This document shows, in pieces, positions 21,937-30,707 of a DNA stretch of 64,000 bases. The first letter of the stretch is position 1. The number at the start of each line of letters is the position of its first letter. The position numbers were made by a program, and so were the translations under genes. Origin of the DNA: Actinomycetota bacterium (GTDB taxonomy: Bacteria > Actinomycetota > Thermoleophilia > Solirubrobacterales > Solirubrobacteraceae). The stretch is taken from assembly GCA_018268595.1 (NCBI GenBank), contig JAFDWH010000004.1:237531-301530 (forward strand), in the 5' to 3' direction. Under the pieces are notes generated by a model. That model ran no database searches. It saw only the letters and a list, made by a program, of their open reading frames with translations, and was not told where the DNA came from.

Positions 21937-21997
21937 CTACCTTTGGCGCTCCGCGCACGCCGCGCGCTGTCCCGTCCGCGAAGGAGGAACGCCGTCC

Positions 21998-23827
21998 ATG
22001 GAGCCGACCTCGGTTCACGAGCAGAGCAAGCACCCGGGCAAGCTGGGCTCGCTTGACAATCCCGAGGTCGTCCAGGACGTCCCGGGGCACGTCATCCCGA
22101 TCCTCGAGCGCGAGTTCGACGACTTCGACACCGAGTCGACGCGCTTCCTGGAGGGCGAGCTGGACGAGACGGAGTTCATCAAGTTCCGCCTCAGACAGGG
22201 CGTCTACGGCCAGCGCCAGCCCGACGTCCAGATGGTGCGCGTGAAGCTGCCGTGGGGCCAGGTCAGCCCCGAGCAGATGGAGACGTTCGCCGACGCGATC
22301 GAGCGCTACGTGCCCCTGAGAAAGGGCCACGTCACGACGCGCCAGAACATCCAGGTCCACCACGTGCCGCTGCCGGACGCGGCCGCCTACATCCGCATGA
22401 TCAGCGCCGCCGGCCTCTCCAGCCGCGAGGGCTGCGGAAACACGATGCGCAACGTCACGGGCGACCCGTGGGCCGGCGTGCACCCCGACGAGGTGTTCGA
22501 CCCGACCCCCTACGCCGGCGCGTACGTGCGCTACTTCGTGCGCCACCCGACGACGCAGGGCATGCCGCGCAAGGTCAAGACGTCCTTCACCGGCTCCGAC
22601 GCCGACCGCGCGATCTCCGGCATCCACGACGTCGCCTTCATCGCGAAGGAGCGCGACGGCGTGCGCGGCTTCCAGATGCTCGTCGGCGGCGGCACCTCGA
22701 TCATGGCGCGCGTCGCCCCGGTCCTCTACGACTTCGTCGAGGCCGACAACGGCGACTACATCAAGGTCACCGAGGCCGTCCTGCGCATCTTCGACCGCCA
22801 GGAGTGGCTGCGCGTCAACCGCGCCCGCGCACGCATCAAGGTGTTCGTCGACAAGTACGGGATCGACGAGCTGCGCGCCCAGGTCGAGGAGGAGCTGAAG
22901 GGCGACTGGGTCGCCGAGCGCGACTTCGACCCGACGCCGAAGCTGTTCGTCCACGACGAGGAGGCGAACGCGCCGGCCGTCCCGGCGTCGTACGGCTCGC
23001 CGAACGGCGACCTCTCCGAGTTCGAGGCGTTCCGTGCCGCGAACGTGCTGGCGCAGCGCCAGGAGGGCTTCTCGACCGTCCAGGTCAAGATCACGCGCGG
23101 CGACCTCACGCCCGAGCAGTTCCGCGGGCTCGCGGCGATCATGCGCGAGTTCACCGGCGGCTACGCGCGCACGACCGTGCACCAGAACCTGCTGCTGCGC
23201 TGGGTCCGCGACGAGTCGGTCTACGACGTGTGGACGCGCTTGAAGGCGCTCGACCTCGGCGACGCCGGCGCGGACGAGGTCTCCGACGTGATCTCGTGCC
23301 CGGGCACCGACTCGTGCAAGCTCGGCATCACCAGCTCGATGGGCCTCAACGCGGCCGTCAAGGAGCGCATCGACGCGATGGACATCCAGGATCCGCTCAC
23401 GAAGCGCATCCACATCAAGATGTCCGGCTGCCCGAACGGCTGCTCGCAGCACCACATCGCGAACATCGGCTTCTACGGCGCCTCGATCAGAGTCGGCGAC
23501 AAGACGATCCCCGCCTCGATCCCGCACATCGGCGGTCACTACGAGGGCGGCACGGTCGGCTACGGCGCGCGCCTCAGACTGCGCCTGCCGAGCAAGCGCG
23601 TGCCCGAGGCGGTCGAGCGCTGGATCCGCTTCTACGAGTCCGGCCGCCAGGACGGCGAGGAGTTCAACGCGTTCGCCGAGCGCGTCGGCACGAGAGCGTT
23701 CGAAGATCAGGTGCGCGAGCTGGCGATGCCGGCCGAGTTCAACCTCGAGAACATGAACCTGTTCATGGACTGGACGAAGAACGTCCCGTTCGAGGTGATC
23801 CGCGGCGAGGGCGAGTGCGCGGTCTGA
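21998..23827 (+). CDS. ferredoxin-type sulfite (nitrite/sulfite) reductase, siroheme/4Fe-4S
   Basis: 609 aa. Cys cluster motifs 'SCPGTDSCKLG' and 'SGCPNGCSQHH'. GAAGGAGG RBS. Sits in a cys cluster. Confidence 0.85.
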   Translation: MEPTSVHEQSKHPGKLGSLDNPEVVQDVPGHVIPILEREFDDFDTESTRFLEGELDETEFIKFRLRQGVYGQRQPDVQMVRVKLPWGQVSPEQMETFADAIERYVPLRKGHVTTRQNIQVHHVPLPDAAAYIRMISAAGLSSREGCGNTMRNVTGDPWAGVHPDEVFDPTPYAGAYVRYFVRHPTTQGMPRKVKTSFTGSDADRAISGIHDVAFIAKERDGVRGFQMLVGGGTSIMARVAPVLYDFVEADNGDYIKVTEAVLRIFDRQEWLRVNRARARIKVFVDKYGIDELRAQVEEELKGDWVAERDFDPTPKLFVHDEEANAPAVPASYGSPNGDLSEFEAFRAANVLAQRQEGFSTVQVKITRGDLTPEQFRGLAAIMREFTGGYARTTVHQNLLLRWVRDESVYDVWTRLKALDLGDAGADEVSDVISCPGTDSCKLGITSSMGLNAAVKERIDAMDIQDPLTKRIHIKMSGCPNGCSQHHIANIGFYGASIRVGDKTIPASIPHIGGHYEGGTVGYGARLRLRLPSKRVPEAVERWIRFYESGRQDGEEFNAFAERVGTRAFEDQVRELAMPAEFNLENMNLFMDWTKNVPFEVIRGEGECAV

Positions 23828-23839
23828 GACCGCGCCGCC

Positions 23840-24313
23840 CTAGCTCGCCTGCACCGCCCGGCAGGCGAGCAGCGCCTCGCGCGCCTCGGGCCGCATGAGG
23901 CTCCAGTCGCCTCTCTGCACGGCATACTGGATCGACTGGGCGAGCATCGCGAAGCCGGACGACGTGTTCCCGGGCGGGGCGCCGGTGAGGTGGTCGAAGA
24001 GGCAGCCGCAGTCGAGCGTGCCGTTCGCGGTCTGCTGACAGCCGGCGACGAAGCCCGCCCGGATCTGCCGGCCCTGGTCGCTCTCCCAGACGCCCGGCTG
24101 CCGCTCGGGCAGGGCTCGCACGACGGCGGCGACGAGCAGCACCGCGCAAACGAGCGCAGCGATCAGGTCCGTAGTGCGGGCGCGGCCGGCGGGCTGCCGG
24201 CGAGCGCGTCGCACGAGCCAGATCGCGCCCGCGGCGAACGCCACGGGTGCGAGGACCTGGCCGGCCCGGTAGCCGGCGCTGTGAGCAGAGGCGAGGATGG
24301 CGAGCATGCCCAC
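23840..24313 (-). CDS. membrane-anchored hypothetical protein
   Basis: 157 aa with two N-terminal hydrophobic helices, then a Cys-containing soluble part ('GCQQTANGTLDCGCLFDHL'). No family recognised. Confidence 0.4.
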   Translation of the reverse strand: MGMLAILASAHSAGYRAGQVLAPVAFAAGAIWLVRRARRQPAGRARTTDLIAALVCAVLLVAAVVRALPERQPGVWESDQGRQIRAGFVAGCQQTANGTLDCGCLFDHLTGAPPGNTSSGFAMLAQSIQYAVQRGDWSLMRPEAREALLACRAVQAS

Positions 24314-24409
24314 CTCCTCGACCGCCGGTGGAAGAAGCTTGAGCGTTCGCGTACGGGTGCTGCCCGCGCATCCCCGCGACGGGCCCGGCTGTTGCGCTCA
24401 GCCGCTGAC

Positions 24410-24769
24410 TCAGCGTCTGGCGTACTCGTCGATCTCGCCGAAGTCGATCAGCACGCACGGCTCGTCGCCGATGACCTCGGCGTCGTGGCCGCGGGGGATC
24501 GCGGCGACCTGACCGGGGCCGACCTCCATGTCGGTCCCGTCGTCCATGTGGACGACCATGCGGCCCGAGACGCAGTAGCCGAGGTGTGAGACCTGGCACG
24601 TGTCGGTGCCCGCGATCGGCCTCACGTTCTCGGACCATCTCCAGCCGGGCTCGAAGGTGCCGCGGCCGACCGTGCGTCCGCCGATGGTGACGGCCTCGAC
24701 CTTGCCGCGGCCCTCGAACGGCCGCACCTCGTCCGGCGAGTCGAAGCTCTTGACCTCGATCGACGCCAT
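24410..24769 (-). CDS. cupin domain protein
   Basis: 119 aa. 'GTFEPGWRWSE...HLGYCVSGRMVVHMDDG...VGPG' fits a small cupin barrel. Confidence 0.7.
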   Translation of the reverse strand: MASIEVKSFDSPDEVRPFEGRGKVEAVTIGGRTVGRGTFEPGWRWSENVRPIAGTDTCQVSHLGYCVSGRMVVHMDDGTDMEVGPGQVAAIPRGHDAEVIGDEPCVLIDFGEIDEYARR

Positions 24770-24938
24770 GCTCGCTCCTTCCTTGGGGTGCCGGAGCCGG
24801 CCACGTGGCCGGCGGAGGCGGGCCCCCTGGTGGTCTCAGTCGGGAAGCTGGTGCGACCCTACGCCTCTAAGCCGGCGCGTTGCAACGCGGCGCCTGGAAC
24901 GGGCGTGTCGGCGCGATCGCCGCTACGCTGACCGTCCG

Positions 24939-25163
24939 ATGAACCGCCGGCCCCAGCTCACGATCGTCGCGCCATCCGCCTCGCCCGAGGAGGCCGCCGC
25001 CGTCGTCGCCGCGCTGGAGCGCTTCATGCGCGAGACGGCGCCGGTCGTCGTCGCAGAGCCGAAGCGGATCGACCGCTGGACGCGCACCGCGCTGCTGGAG
25101 GGCGTCGCGCGCGAGCAGGACGCGCCCGCCGCGTGGGGCGACCCGCACCCCTGGGGTCGTTGA
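24939..25163 (+). CDS. small protein resembling the acyl-CoA carboxylase epsilon subunit
   Basis: 74 aa. 'LTIVAPSASPEEAAAVVAALERFMRE...W' resembles the ACC_epsilon pattern (..G.ptpEElAA..avl.....). Weak call from memory only. Confidence 0.35.
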   Translation: MNRRPQLTIVAPSASPEEAAAVVAALERFMRETAPVVVAEPKRIDRWTRTALLEGVAREQDAPAAWGDPHPWGR

Positions 25164-25840
25164 GCGACGCCGCGCCGCGCAGCGCCGCGGCCGTGATCTT
25201 CGACTGCGACGGCGTGCTCGTCGACAGCGAGGTGCTGGCCGCGCCGATCCTCGCCGAGCTGCTGACCGAGCTCGGCCTGCCGACGACCGCCGCCGACGTC
25301 GACCGCGACTTCAAGGGCCGCTCGTGGGAGCACGGCCTCGGCGTGATCCGCGCACGCCGCGGCGGCGCCGAGCCGTGGCCGGAGCTGCGCTCCCGTTATC
25401 GCGCCGCCCTGTTCGCGGCCTTCGACGCGCGCCTGCGGCCGATCCCCGGCGTGCATGCCGCGCTCGACGCGCTCGCAGCCGCCGGCATCCCGTGGTGCGT
25501 CGCCTCCAGTGGCGACCACGAGCGCATCCGCCGCGGGCTGCGCGCCGCCGGCCTGCTCGACCGCTTCCCAGCGGGCACGATCTTCAGCGTCGAGGACGTC
25601 GCGCACGGCAAGCCGGCGCCCGATCTGTTCGTGCACGCGGCCGCGAAGATGGGCTTCGAGCCCGCCGCCACGGTCGTCGTCGAGGACAGCGCCGCCGGCG
25701 TGCAGGCGGGCGTCGCGGCCGGCATGCGCGTGCTCGGCTACGCCCCCGACGGCGCCGATCCGGCGGCGCTGCGGGCCGTCGGCGCCGAGCCGTTCGGAGA
25801 CATGGCCGAGCTGCCGCGGCTGCTACGAGAAAAAGCATAA
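25133..25840 (+). CDS. HAD-superfamily hydrolase (beta-phosphoglucomutase-like subfamily IA)
   Basis: 'VIFDCDGVLVDSE' (motif I DxD), 'ASSG', 'GKPAPDLF' and 'VVVEDSAAGVQAG'. The start is uncertain (GTG 25133 or TTG 25160). Confidence 0.8.
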   Translation: MGRPAPLGSLSDAAPRSAAAVIFDCDGVLVDSEVLAAPILAELLTELGLPTTAADVDRDFKGRSWEHGLGVIRARRGGAEPWPELRSRYRAALFAAFDARLRPIPGVHAALDALAAAGIPWCVASSGDHERIRRGLRAAGLLDRFPAGTIFSVEDVAHGKPAPDLFVHAAAKMGFEPAATVVVEDSAAGVQAGVAAGMRVLGYAPDGADPAALRAVGAEPFGDMAELPRLLREKA

Positions 25841-25865
25841 ACCCGCCCGGATTTTGCTATTTTCG
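25839..25865. promoter_or_regulatory. AT-richer motif AAACCCGCCCGGATTTTGCTATTTTCG immediately upstream of cysH
   Basis: Read directly. It shares AAACCCG / GG-TTTGCTA-(Y)(Y)TTT with the site at 21921-21945. Confidence 0.3.
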
Positions 25866-25872
25866 TTCGTCC

Positions 25873-26547
25873 ATGAGCGCGACCGCCCCGACCGACCATC
25901 AGCTCACCGACGGCGCCGAGGCGCTGTCGGCCGAAGAAGTGATCGCGCGGATGGTCGAGCGCTTCCATCCCCGCCTGCTGCTCGCCTCCTCCTTCCAGCA
26001 GGAGGAGTCGGTGATGGTCGACCTGCTGATGAAGGTCGAGCCGCGGGCCCGCATCTTCACGCTCGACACGGGTGTTCTGTTCCCTGAGACGTACGCGACG
26101 TGGAGAGCGATGGAGGAGCGCTACGGGATGCGGATCGAGGCGGCCAGCGGGATCTCCCTGGCGGAGCAGGCCGCACGCCACGGCGACGAGCTGTGGGCGC
26201 GCGAGCCCGACCGCTGCTGCGACATCCGCAAGGTCACGCCGCTGCGCGAGATCCTCGCCGGCGTCGACGGCTGGATCGTCGGCGTGCGCCGCGACCAGGC
26301 GCCCACGCGCGCGAACACGCCGAAGATCGGCTGGGACGACAAGCACGCGATCTGGAAGGCCGCGCCGCTCGCCGACTGGAGCGAGAGAGACGTCTGGACG
26401 TACATCAGCGCGAACGACCTGCCGTACAACCCCCTCCACGATCGCGGCTACGCCTCGATCGGCTGCACGCACTGCACGGTCCCGGCCGCCGACCGCAGCG
26501 GGCGCTGGGCCGGCAGCGACAAGCTCGAGTGCGGGCTGCACGGCTGA
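25873..26547 (+). CDS. cysH: adenylyl-sulfate (APS)/PAPS reductase, Fe-S cluster type
   Basis: ATG at 25873. 'CCDIRKV' and 'GCTHCT' are the Cys pairs that ligate the 4Fe-4S cluster in APS reductases. C-terminal catalytic 'ECGLH'. Confidence 0.9.
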   Translation: MSATAPTDHQLTDGAEALSAEEVIARMVERFHPRLLLASSFQQEESVMVDLLMKVEPRARIFTLDTGVLFPETYATWRAMEERYGMRIEAASGISLAEQAARHGDELWAREPDRCCDIRKVTPLREILAGVDGWIVGVRRDQAPTRANTPKIGWDDKHAIWKAAPLADWSERDVWTYISANDLPYNPLHDRGYASIGCTHCTVPAADRSGRWAGSDKLECGLHG

Positions 26548-26575
26548 CGTGCCGCCGCTGGCACACTGAATCGGC

Positions 26576-27514
26576 ATGGACTGGCCGCTCGTCATCCTGT
26601 TCGGCTTCTGCGTCGGGATCCTCGTCGGCACGACCGGTGTCGGCGGCGGATCGCTGATGACGCCCGCGCTGATCCTCGTCTTCGGCACCGCGCCGACGAC
26701 GGCGATCGGCACCGACCTCGCCTACGCGGCCGTCACGAAGACGGTCGGCGGCTGGCGCCACTGGCGTAGCGGCACGGTCGACATGAAGCTCGCGCTGTGG
26801 CTCGCGGTCGGCTCGATCCCGGGCGCGCTCGGCGGCGTCTACGTGCTGCACGTGCTGGAGGAAGCGCTCGGCAAGGGCGCGTTCGACGACACGCTGCTCA
26901 AGATGGTCGGCGCGGCGCTGCTGATCACCGCCGTCGCGGTGCTGTTCCGCGCGCTGATCAGACACGTGAAGGGCGAGCGCGACACGGTCGAGCCGTTCGA
27001 GACCCGCCACAAGCTCGCCGCCGTGCTCGTCGGCGTCAGCGTCGGCTTCGTCCTCGGGCTCACCTCTGCCGGCAGCGGCGCCTTGATCGCCGTCGGGCTG
27101 ATCATGCTCTACCGCCTCACGCCGCGCCGCGTCGTCGGGACCGACGTGTTCCACGCCGCGCTGCTGCTGTGGGTCGCGTCGATCGCGCACCTCGTGAGCG
27201 GCAACGTCGACCTGCTGCTGGCGGGGAACATCCTGATCGGCTCGATCCCCGGCGTGTGGATCGGCTCGGGACTCGCGACCCGCGTCCTGCCGGAGGGCAC
27301 GCTGCGGCCGGCGCTCGGGACGGTCCTGCTCGCCGCCGGGCTCGCGCTGCTGAACAAGGCCGGCCTCGACTTCCCGATCTATGTCATCTTCCTGGTGCCC
27401 GCGCTGGTCGCACTCGCGCTCACGGCCCTGCACTTCGGCCGCGAGCGCGTCGCGCGCACGCGCACGCCCCGTCCTTCGACGCCGTCGACGCCACCCGCAC
27501 CCGAATCCGCATGA
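26576..27514 (+). CDS. TauE/SafE family sulfite/anion exporter-like membrane protein
   Basis: 312 aa and polytopic. 'GTTGVGGGSLMTPALI' and a repeated Gly-rich helix 'LTSAGSGALIAVGLI'. ATGA overlap with cysD. Confidence 0.8.
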   Translation: MDWPLVILFGFCVGILVGTTGVGGGSLMTPALILVFGTAPTTAIGTDLAYAAVTKTVGGWRHWRSGTVDMKLALWLAVGSIPGALGGVYVLHVLEEALGKGAFDDTLLKMVGAALLITAVAVLFRALIRHVKGERDTVEPFETRHKLAAVLVGVSVGFVLGLTSAGSGALIAVGLIMLYRLTPRRVVGTDVFHAALLLWVASIAHLVSGNVDLLLAGNILIGSIPGVWIGSGLATRVLPEGTLRPALGTVLLAAGLALLNKAGLDFPIYVIFLVPALVALALTALHFGRERVARTRTPRPSTPSTPPAPESA

Positions 27515-28416
27515 GCCACGAGCTGTCCCACCTCGATGCGCTGGAGGCTGAGGCGATCCACATCATGCGCGAGGTCGCCGCCGAGCTGGAGCGGCCCGTG
27601 CTGCTGTTCTCCGGCGGCAAGGACTCGATCGTCCTGCTGCGCCTCGCCGAGAAGGCGTTCCGCCCGGCGCGCTTCCCGTTCCCGGTGATGCACGTCGACA
27701 CCGGCCACAACTTCCCCGAGGTGATCGACTTCCGCGATCGCCTGATCGCGGAGATCGGCGAGCGGCTGATCGTCGCCTCGGTGCAGGAGTCGATCGACAA
27801 GGGCCGCGCCGTCGAGGAGAGAGGCCCGCGCGCCTCGCGCAACCGGCTCCAGACCGTGACGCTGCTCGACGCGATCGCGGAGCACCAGTTCGACGCCGCG
27901 TTCGGCGGCGCGCGCCGCGACGAGGAGCGCGCCCGCGCGAAGGAGCGCATCTTCTCCTTCCGCGACGACTTCGGCCAGTGGGACCCGAAGGCGCAGCGCC
28001 CGGAGCTGTGGCAGCTCTACAACGGGCGCGTGCGCAAGGGCGAGCACGTGCGCGTGTTCCCGATATCGAACTGGACCGAGCTCGACGTGTGGCAGTACAT
28101 CGAGCGCGAGCGGCTCGAGCTGCCGCCGATCTACTTCGCGCACGAGCGCGAGGTGTTCGCGCGCGACGGGATGCTCTACGCCGCCAGCGAGTTCGTCGAG
28201 CTGATGGACGGGGAGACCGTCTTCACCGAGACGGTCCGCTACCGCACCGTCGGCGACATGACCTGCACCGGCGCGGTCGCCTCGACCGCCACCACGCTCG
28301 AGACGGTCGTCGCCGAGATCGCCGCGACGAACATCACCGAGCGCGGCCAGACGCGCGCGGACGACCGCGTCACCGAGGCGGCGATGGAGGATCGCAAGCG
28401 GGAGGGGTACTTCTAG
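27511..28416 (+). CDS. cysD: sulfate adenylyltransferase subunit 2
   Basis: 'LDALEAEAIHIMREV', PP-loop 'LLFSGGKDS' and 'ISNWTELDVWQYI'. Confidence 0.92.
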   Translation: MSHELSHLDALEAEAIHIMREVAAELERPVLLFSGGKDSIVLLRLAEKAFRPARFPFPVMHVDTGHNFPEVIDFRDRLIAEIGERLIVASVQESIDKGRAVEERGPRASRNRLQTVTLLDAIAEHQFDAAFGGARRDEERARAKERIFSFRDDFGQWDPKAQRPELWQLYNGRVRKGEHVRVFPISNWTELDVWQYIERERLELPPIYFAHEREVFARDGMLYAASEFVELMDGETVFTETVRYRTVGDMTCTGAVASTATTLETVVAEIAATNITERGQTRADDRVTEAAMEDRKREGYF

Positions 28417-29736
28417 ATGTCGCTCACCTACGAGTCGAACGGCAACTCCTCCGCTGACCAGCGGATCGCCGAGACCGAGCTGCTGCGCTTCGCGACCGCC
28501 GGCTCGGTCGACGACGGCAAGTCGACGCTGATCGGCCGCCTGCTGCACGACGCGAAGTCGATCCTCGCCGACCAGCTCGCGCACGTGAAGGAGACGAGCG
28601 AGCGGCGCGGCGACGGCGAGCTGAACCTCGCGCTGCTGACCGACGGCCTGCGCGCCGAGCGCGAGCAGGGCATCACGATCGACGTCGCCTACCGCTCGTT
28701 CCAGACCGACAAGCGCCGCTTCATCATCGCCGACTGCCCCGGCCACGAGCAGTACACGCGCAACATGGTCACCGGCGCCTCGACCGCCGACCTCGCGCTC
28801 GTGCTGGTCGACGCGCGCAACGGGCTCGTGCGCCAGTCGCGCCGGCACGCGGCGATCTCCGCGCTGCTGCGCACGCCGCACCTCGTCGTCGCGATCAACA
28901 AGATGGACCTCGTCGACTACGACCAGGCCGTCTACGACGCGATCGTCGCCGACTTCAAGAGCTGGTCGAACGGGCTCGAGTTCGCCGAGGCGAGGTTCAT
29001 CCCGATCAGCGCGCTGAAGGGCGACAACGTCGTCGAGCCCTCGACCAACATGGACTGGTACGACGGCCCGACGCTGCTGCACCATCTGGAGACCGTCGAG
29101 ATCGCCGGCGACCGCAACCTCGAGGACTGGCGCTTCCCGGTCCAGTGGGTGATCCGCCCGCAGAACGACGAGCGCCACCACGACTACCGCGGCTACGCCG
29201 GCCAGGTCGCCGCCGGTGTGCTGACGCCGGGCGAGGAGGTCGTCGTGCTGCCGTCGGGCCGCACGACGAAGCTGGCCGGGATCGACACGCTCGACGGGCC
29301 GCTGCCGGAGGCGTTCCCACCGCAGTCGGTGACGCTGCTGCTGGAGGACGACCTCGACGTCTCGCGCGGCGACCTGATCGCGCGCGCCGGCGAGGCGAAC
29401 CCGCCGACTGTGGCGCGCGAGTTGGAGGCGATCGTCTGCTGGATGAGCGATCAGCCGCTGAGAGCCGGCGGCCGCTACGCGCTCAAGCACACGACGCGCT
29501 CGGTGCGCGCGATCGTCGACGCGATCGACTGGCACCTCGACGTCGAAACGCTCGCGCGCGAGGACAACGACCATGGGCTCGAGCTGAACGAGATCGGGCA
29601 CGTCAGGCTGCGCCTCAGCGCGCCGCTCGCGTTCGACCCGTACGCGCGCAACCGCGAGACGGGCTCGTTCATCCTGATCGACGAGGCGACGAACGACACC
29701 GTCGGCGCCGGCCTGATCGCGACGCCGGAGGGGTAG
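28417..29736 (+). CDS. cysN: sulfate adenylyltransferase subunit 1 (GTPase), without an APS-kinase domain
   Basis: G1 'GSVDDGKSTL', 'DCPGHEQY' and 'NKMDLV'. At 439 aa it is too short to include a CysC domain. Confidence 0.9.
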   Translation: MSLTYESNGNSSADQRIAETELLRFATAGSVDDGKSTLIGRLLHDAKSILADQLAHVKETSERRGDGELNLALLTDGLRAEREQGITIDVAYRSFQTDKRRFIIADCPGHEQYTRNMVTGASTADLALVLVDARNGLVRQSRRHAAISALLRTPHLVVAINKMDLVDYDQAVYDAIVADFKSWSNGLEFAEARFIPISALKGDNVVEPSTNMDWYDGPTLLHHLETVEIAGDRNLEDWRFPVQWVIRPQNDERHHDYRGYAGQVAAGVLTPGEEVVVLPSGRTTKLAGIDTLDGPLPEAFPPQSVTLLLEDDLDVSRGDLIARAGEANPPTVARELEAIVCWMSDQPLRAGGRYALKHTTRSVRAIVDAIDWHLDVETLAREDNDHGLELNEIGHVRLRLSAPLAFDPYARNRETGSFILIDEATNDTVGAGLIATPEG

Positions 29737-29832
29737 GCGACGGGCGCCGTCCCGGCAGCGGAAGCGGTCGCCCAGCGCCGGCTGCTGCGGGCGCTGCCGC
29801 TCGCCGTCTGGGCGGCCGGCTCGGTCGCGGCC

Positions 29833-30681
29833 GTGGCGGTCTTCGGGCTGCCCTACACGCGCGACTGGATCTTCGTCTGGGTCCTGCTGGGCGCGCTCGC
29901 GGTCTCGCTCGGCGACCTCGGCGGCTGGGCGCGCGGGGTCGTCATCGACTGGCTGCCGTTCTTCCTCGTGCTGACGGCGTACGACCTCGCGCGCGGCGGC
30001 GCCGACGGCTGGCTCGCGCCGACGCACTTCCTGCCGCAGGCCGACGTCGACCGCTGGCTGTTCGGCGGCGCGGTGCCGAGCGCCTGGCTGCAGCAGCACC
30101 TGCACTGGCCCGGGCAGGTGCGGTGGTTCGAGGTGGCCGCGTTCGTCGTCTACCTCTCGCACTTCTTCGTCACGCCGCTGCTGGCCGCCGCCCTGTGGGT
30201 GCGCGACCGCTGGCGCTTCCGCCGCTTTGCCGCAGCGTTGGCGCTGCTGACGCTGCTGGGCTCGATCACGTTCGTCGCCTTCCCGGCCGCGCCGCCGTGG
30301 ATGGCGAGCGCGCACGGGCTGATCCCCCCGGTCCAGCGGCTGATCCCACAGTTGTGGATGTGGAGCGGCGTCGGCGCAGAGAGCGGCCTCGTCGGGACCG
30401 GCTACCGCTACGCGAACGACGTGGCGGCGGTGCCCTCGCTGCACGCCGCGCTCGCGCTGCTGGTGGCGCTGAGCGTGTGGCCGCGCAGCGGGTGGGCGCG
30501 CGTGCTGGTCGGCGCCTACCCGGTCGCAATGGCGCTCGCGATCGTCTACACCGGCGAGCACTACGTCGCCGACGTGCTGCTCGGCTGGCTCTACGCGGCG
30601 GCGAGCTTCCTGGTCGTGCGGCGGATCGCCGCCCGGCTCACGTCGCGCCGGCTCGGTGTCAGCCGCGCGACGGATAGGTGA
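29833..30681 (+). CDS. PAP2-superfamily (PAP2_3/IPC-synthase-like) membrane protein
   Basis: Polytopic. 'AFPAAPPWMA', 'VPSLHAA' and 'GEHYVADVLLG' fit the PAP2_3 histidine motifs. The start is uncertain: the frame is open from 29737 but has no ATG/GTG/TTG before 29833. Confidence 0.65.
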   Translation: MAVFGLPYTRDWIFVWVLLGALAVSLGDLGGWARGVVIDWLPFFLVLTAYDLARGGADGWLAPTHFLPQADVDRWLFGGAVPSAWLQQHLHWPGQVRWFEVAAFVVYLSHFFVTPLLAAALWVRDRWRFRRFAAALALLTLLGSITFVAFPAAPPWMASAHGLIPPVQRLIPQLWMWSGVGAESGLVGTGYRYANDVAAVPSLHAALALLVALSVWPRSGWARVLVGAYPVAMALAIVYTGEHYVADVLLGWLYAAASFLVVRRIAARLTSRRLGVSRATDR

Positions 30682-30707
30682 AGGCTCACGTTATTCTTCC
30701 GCCCCGC

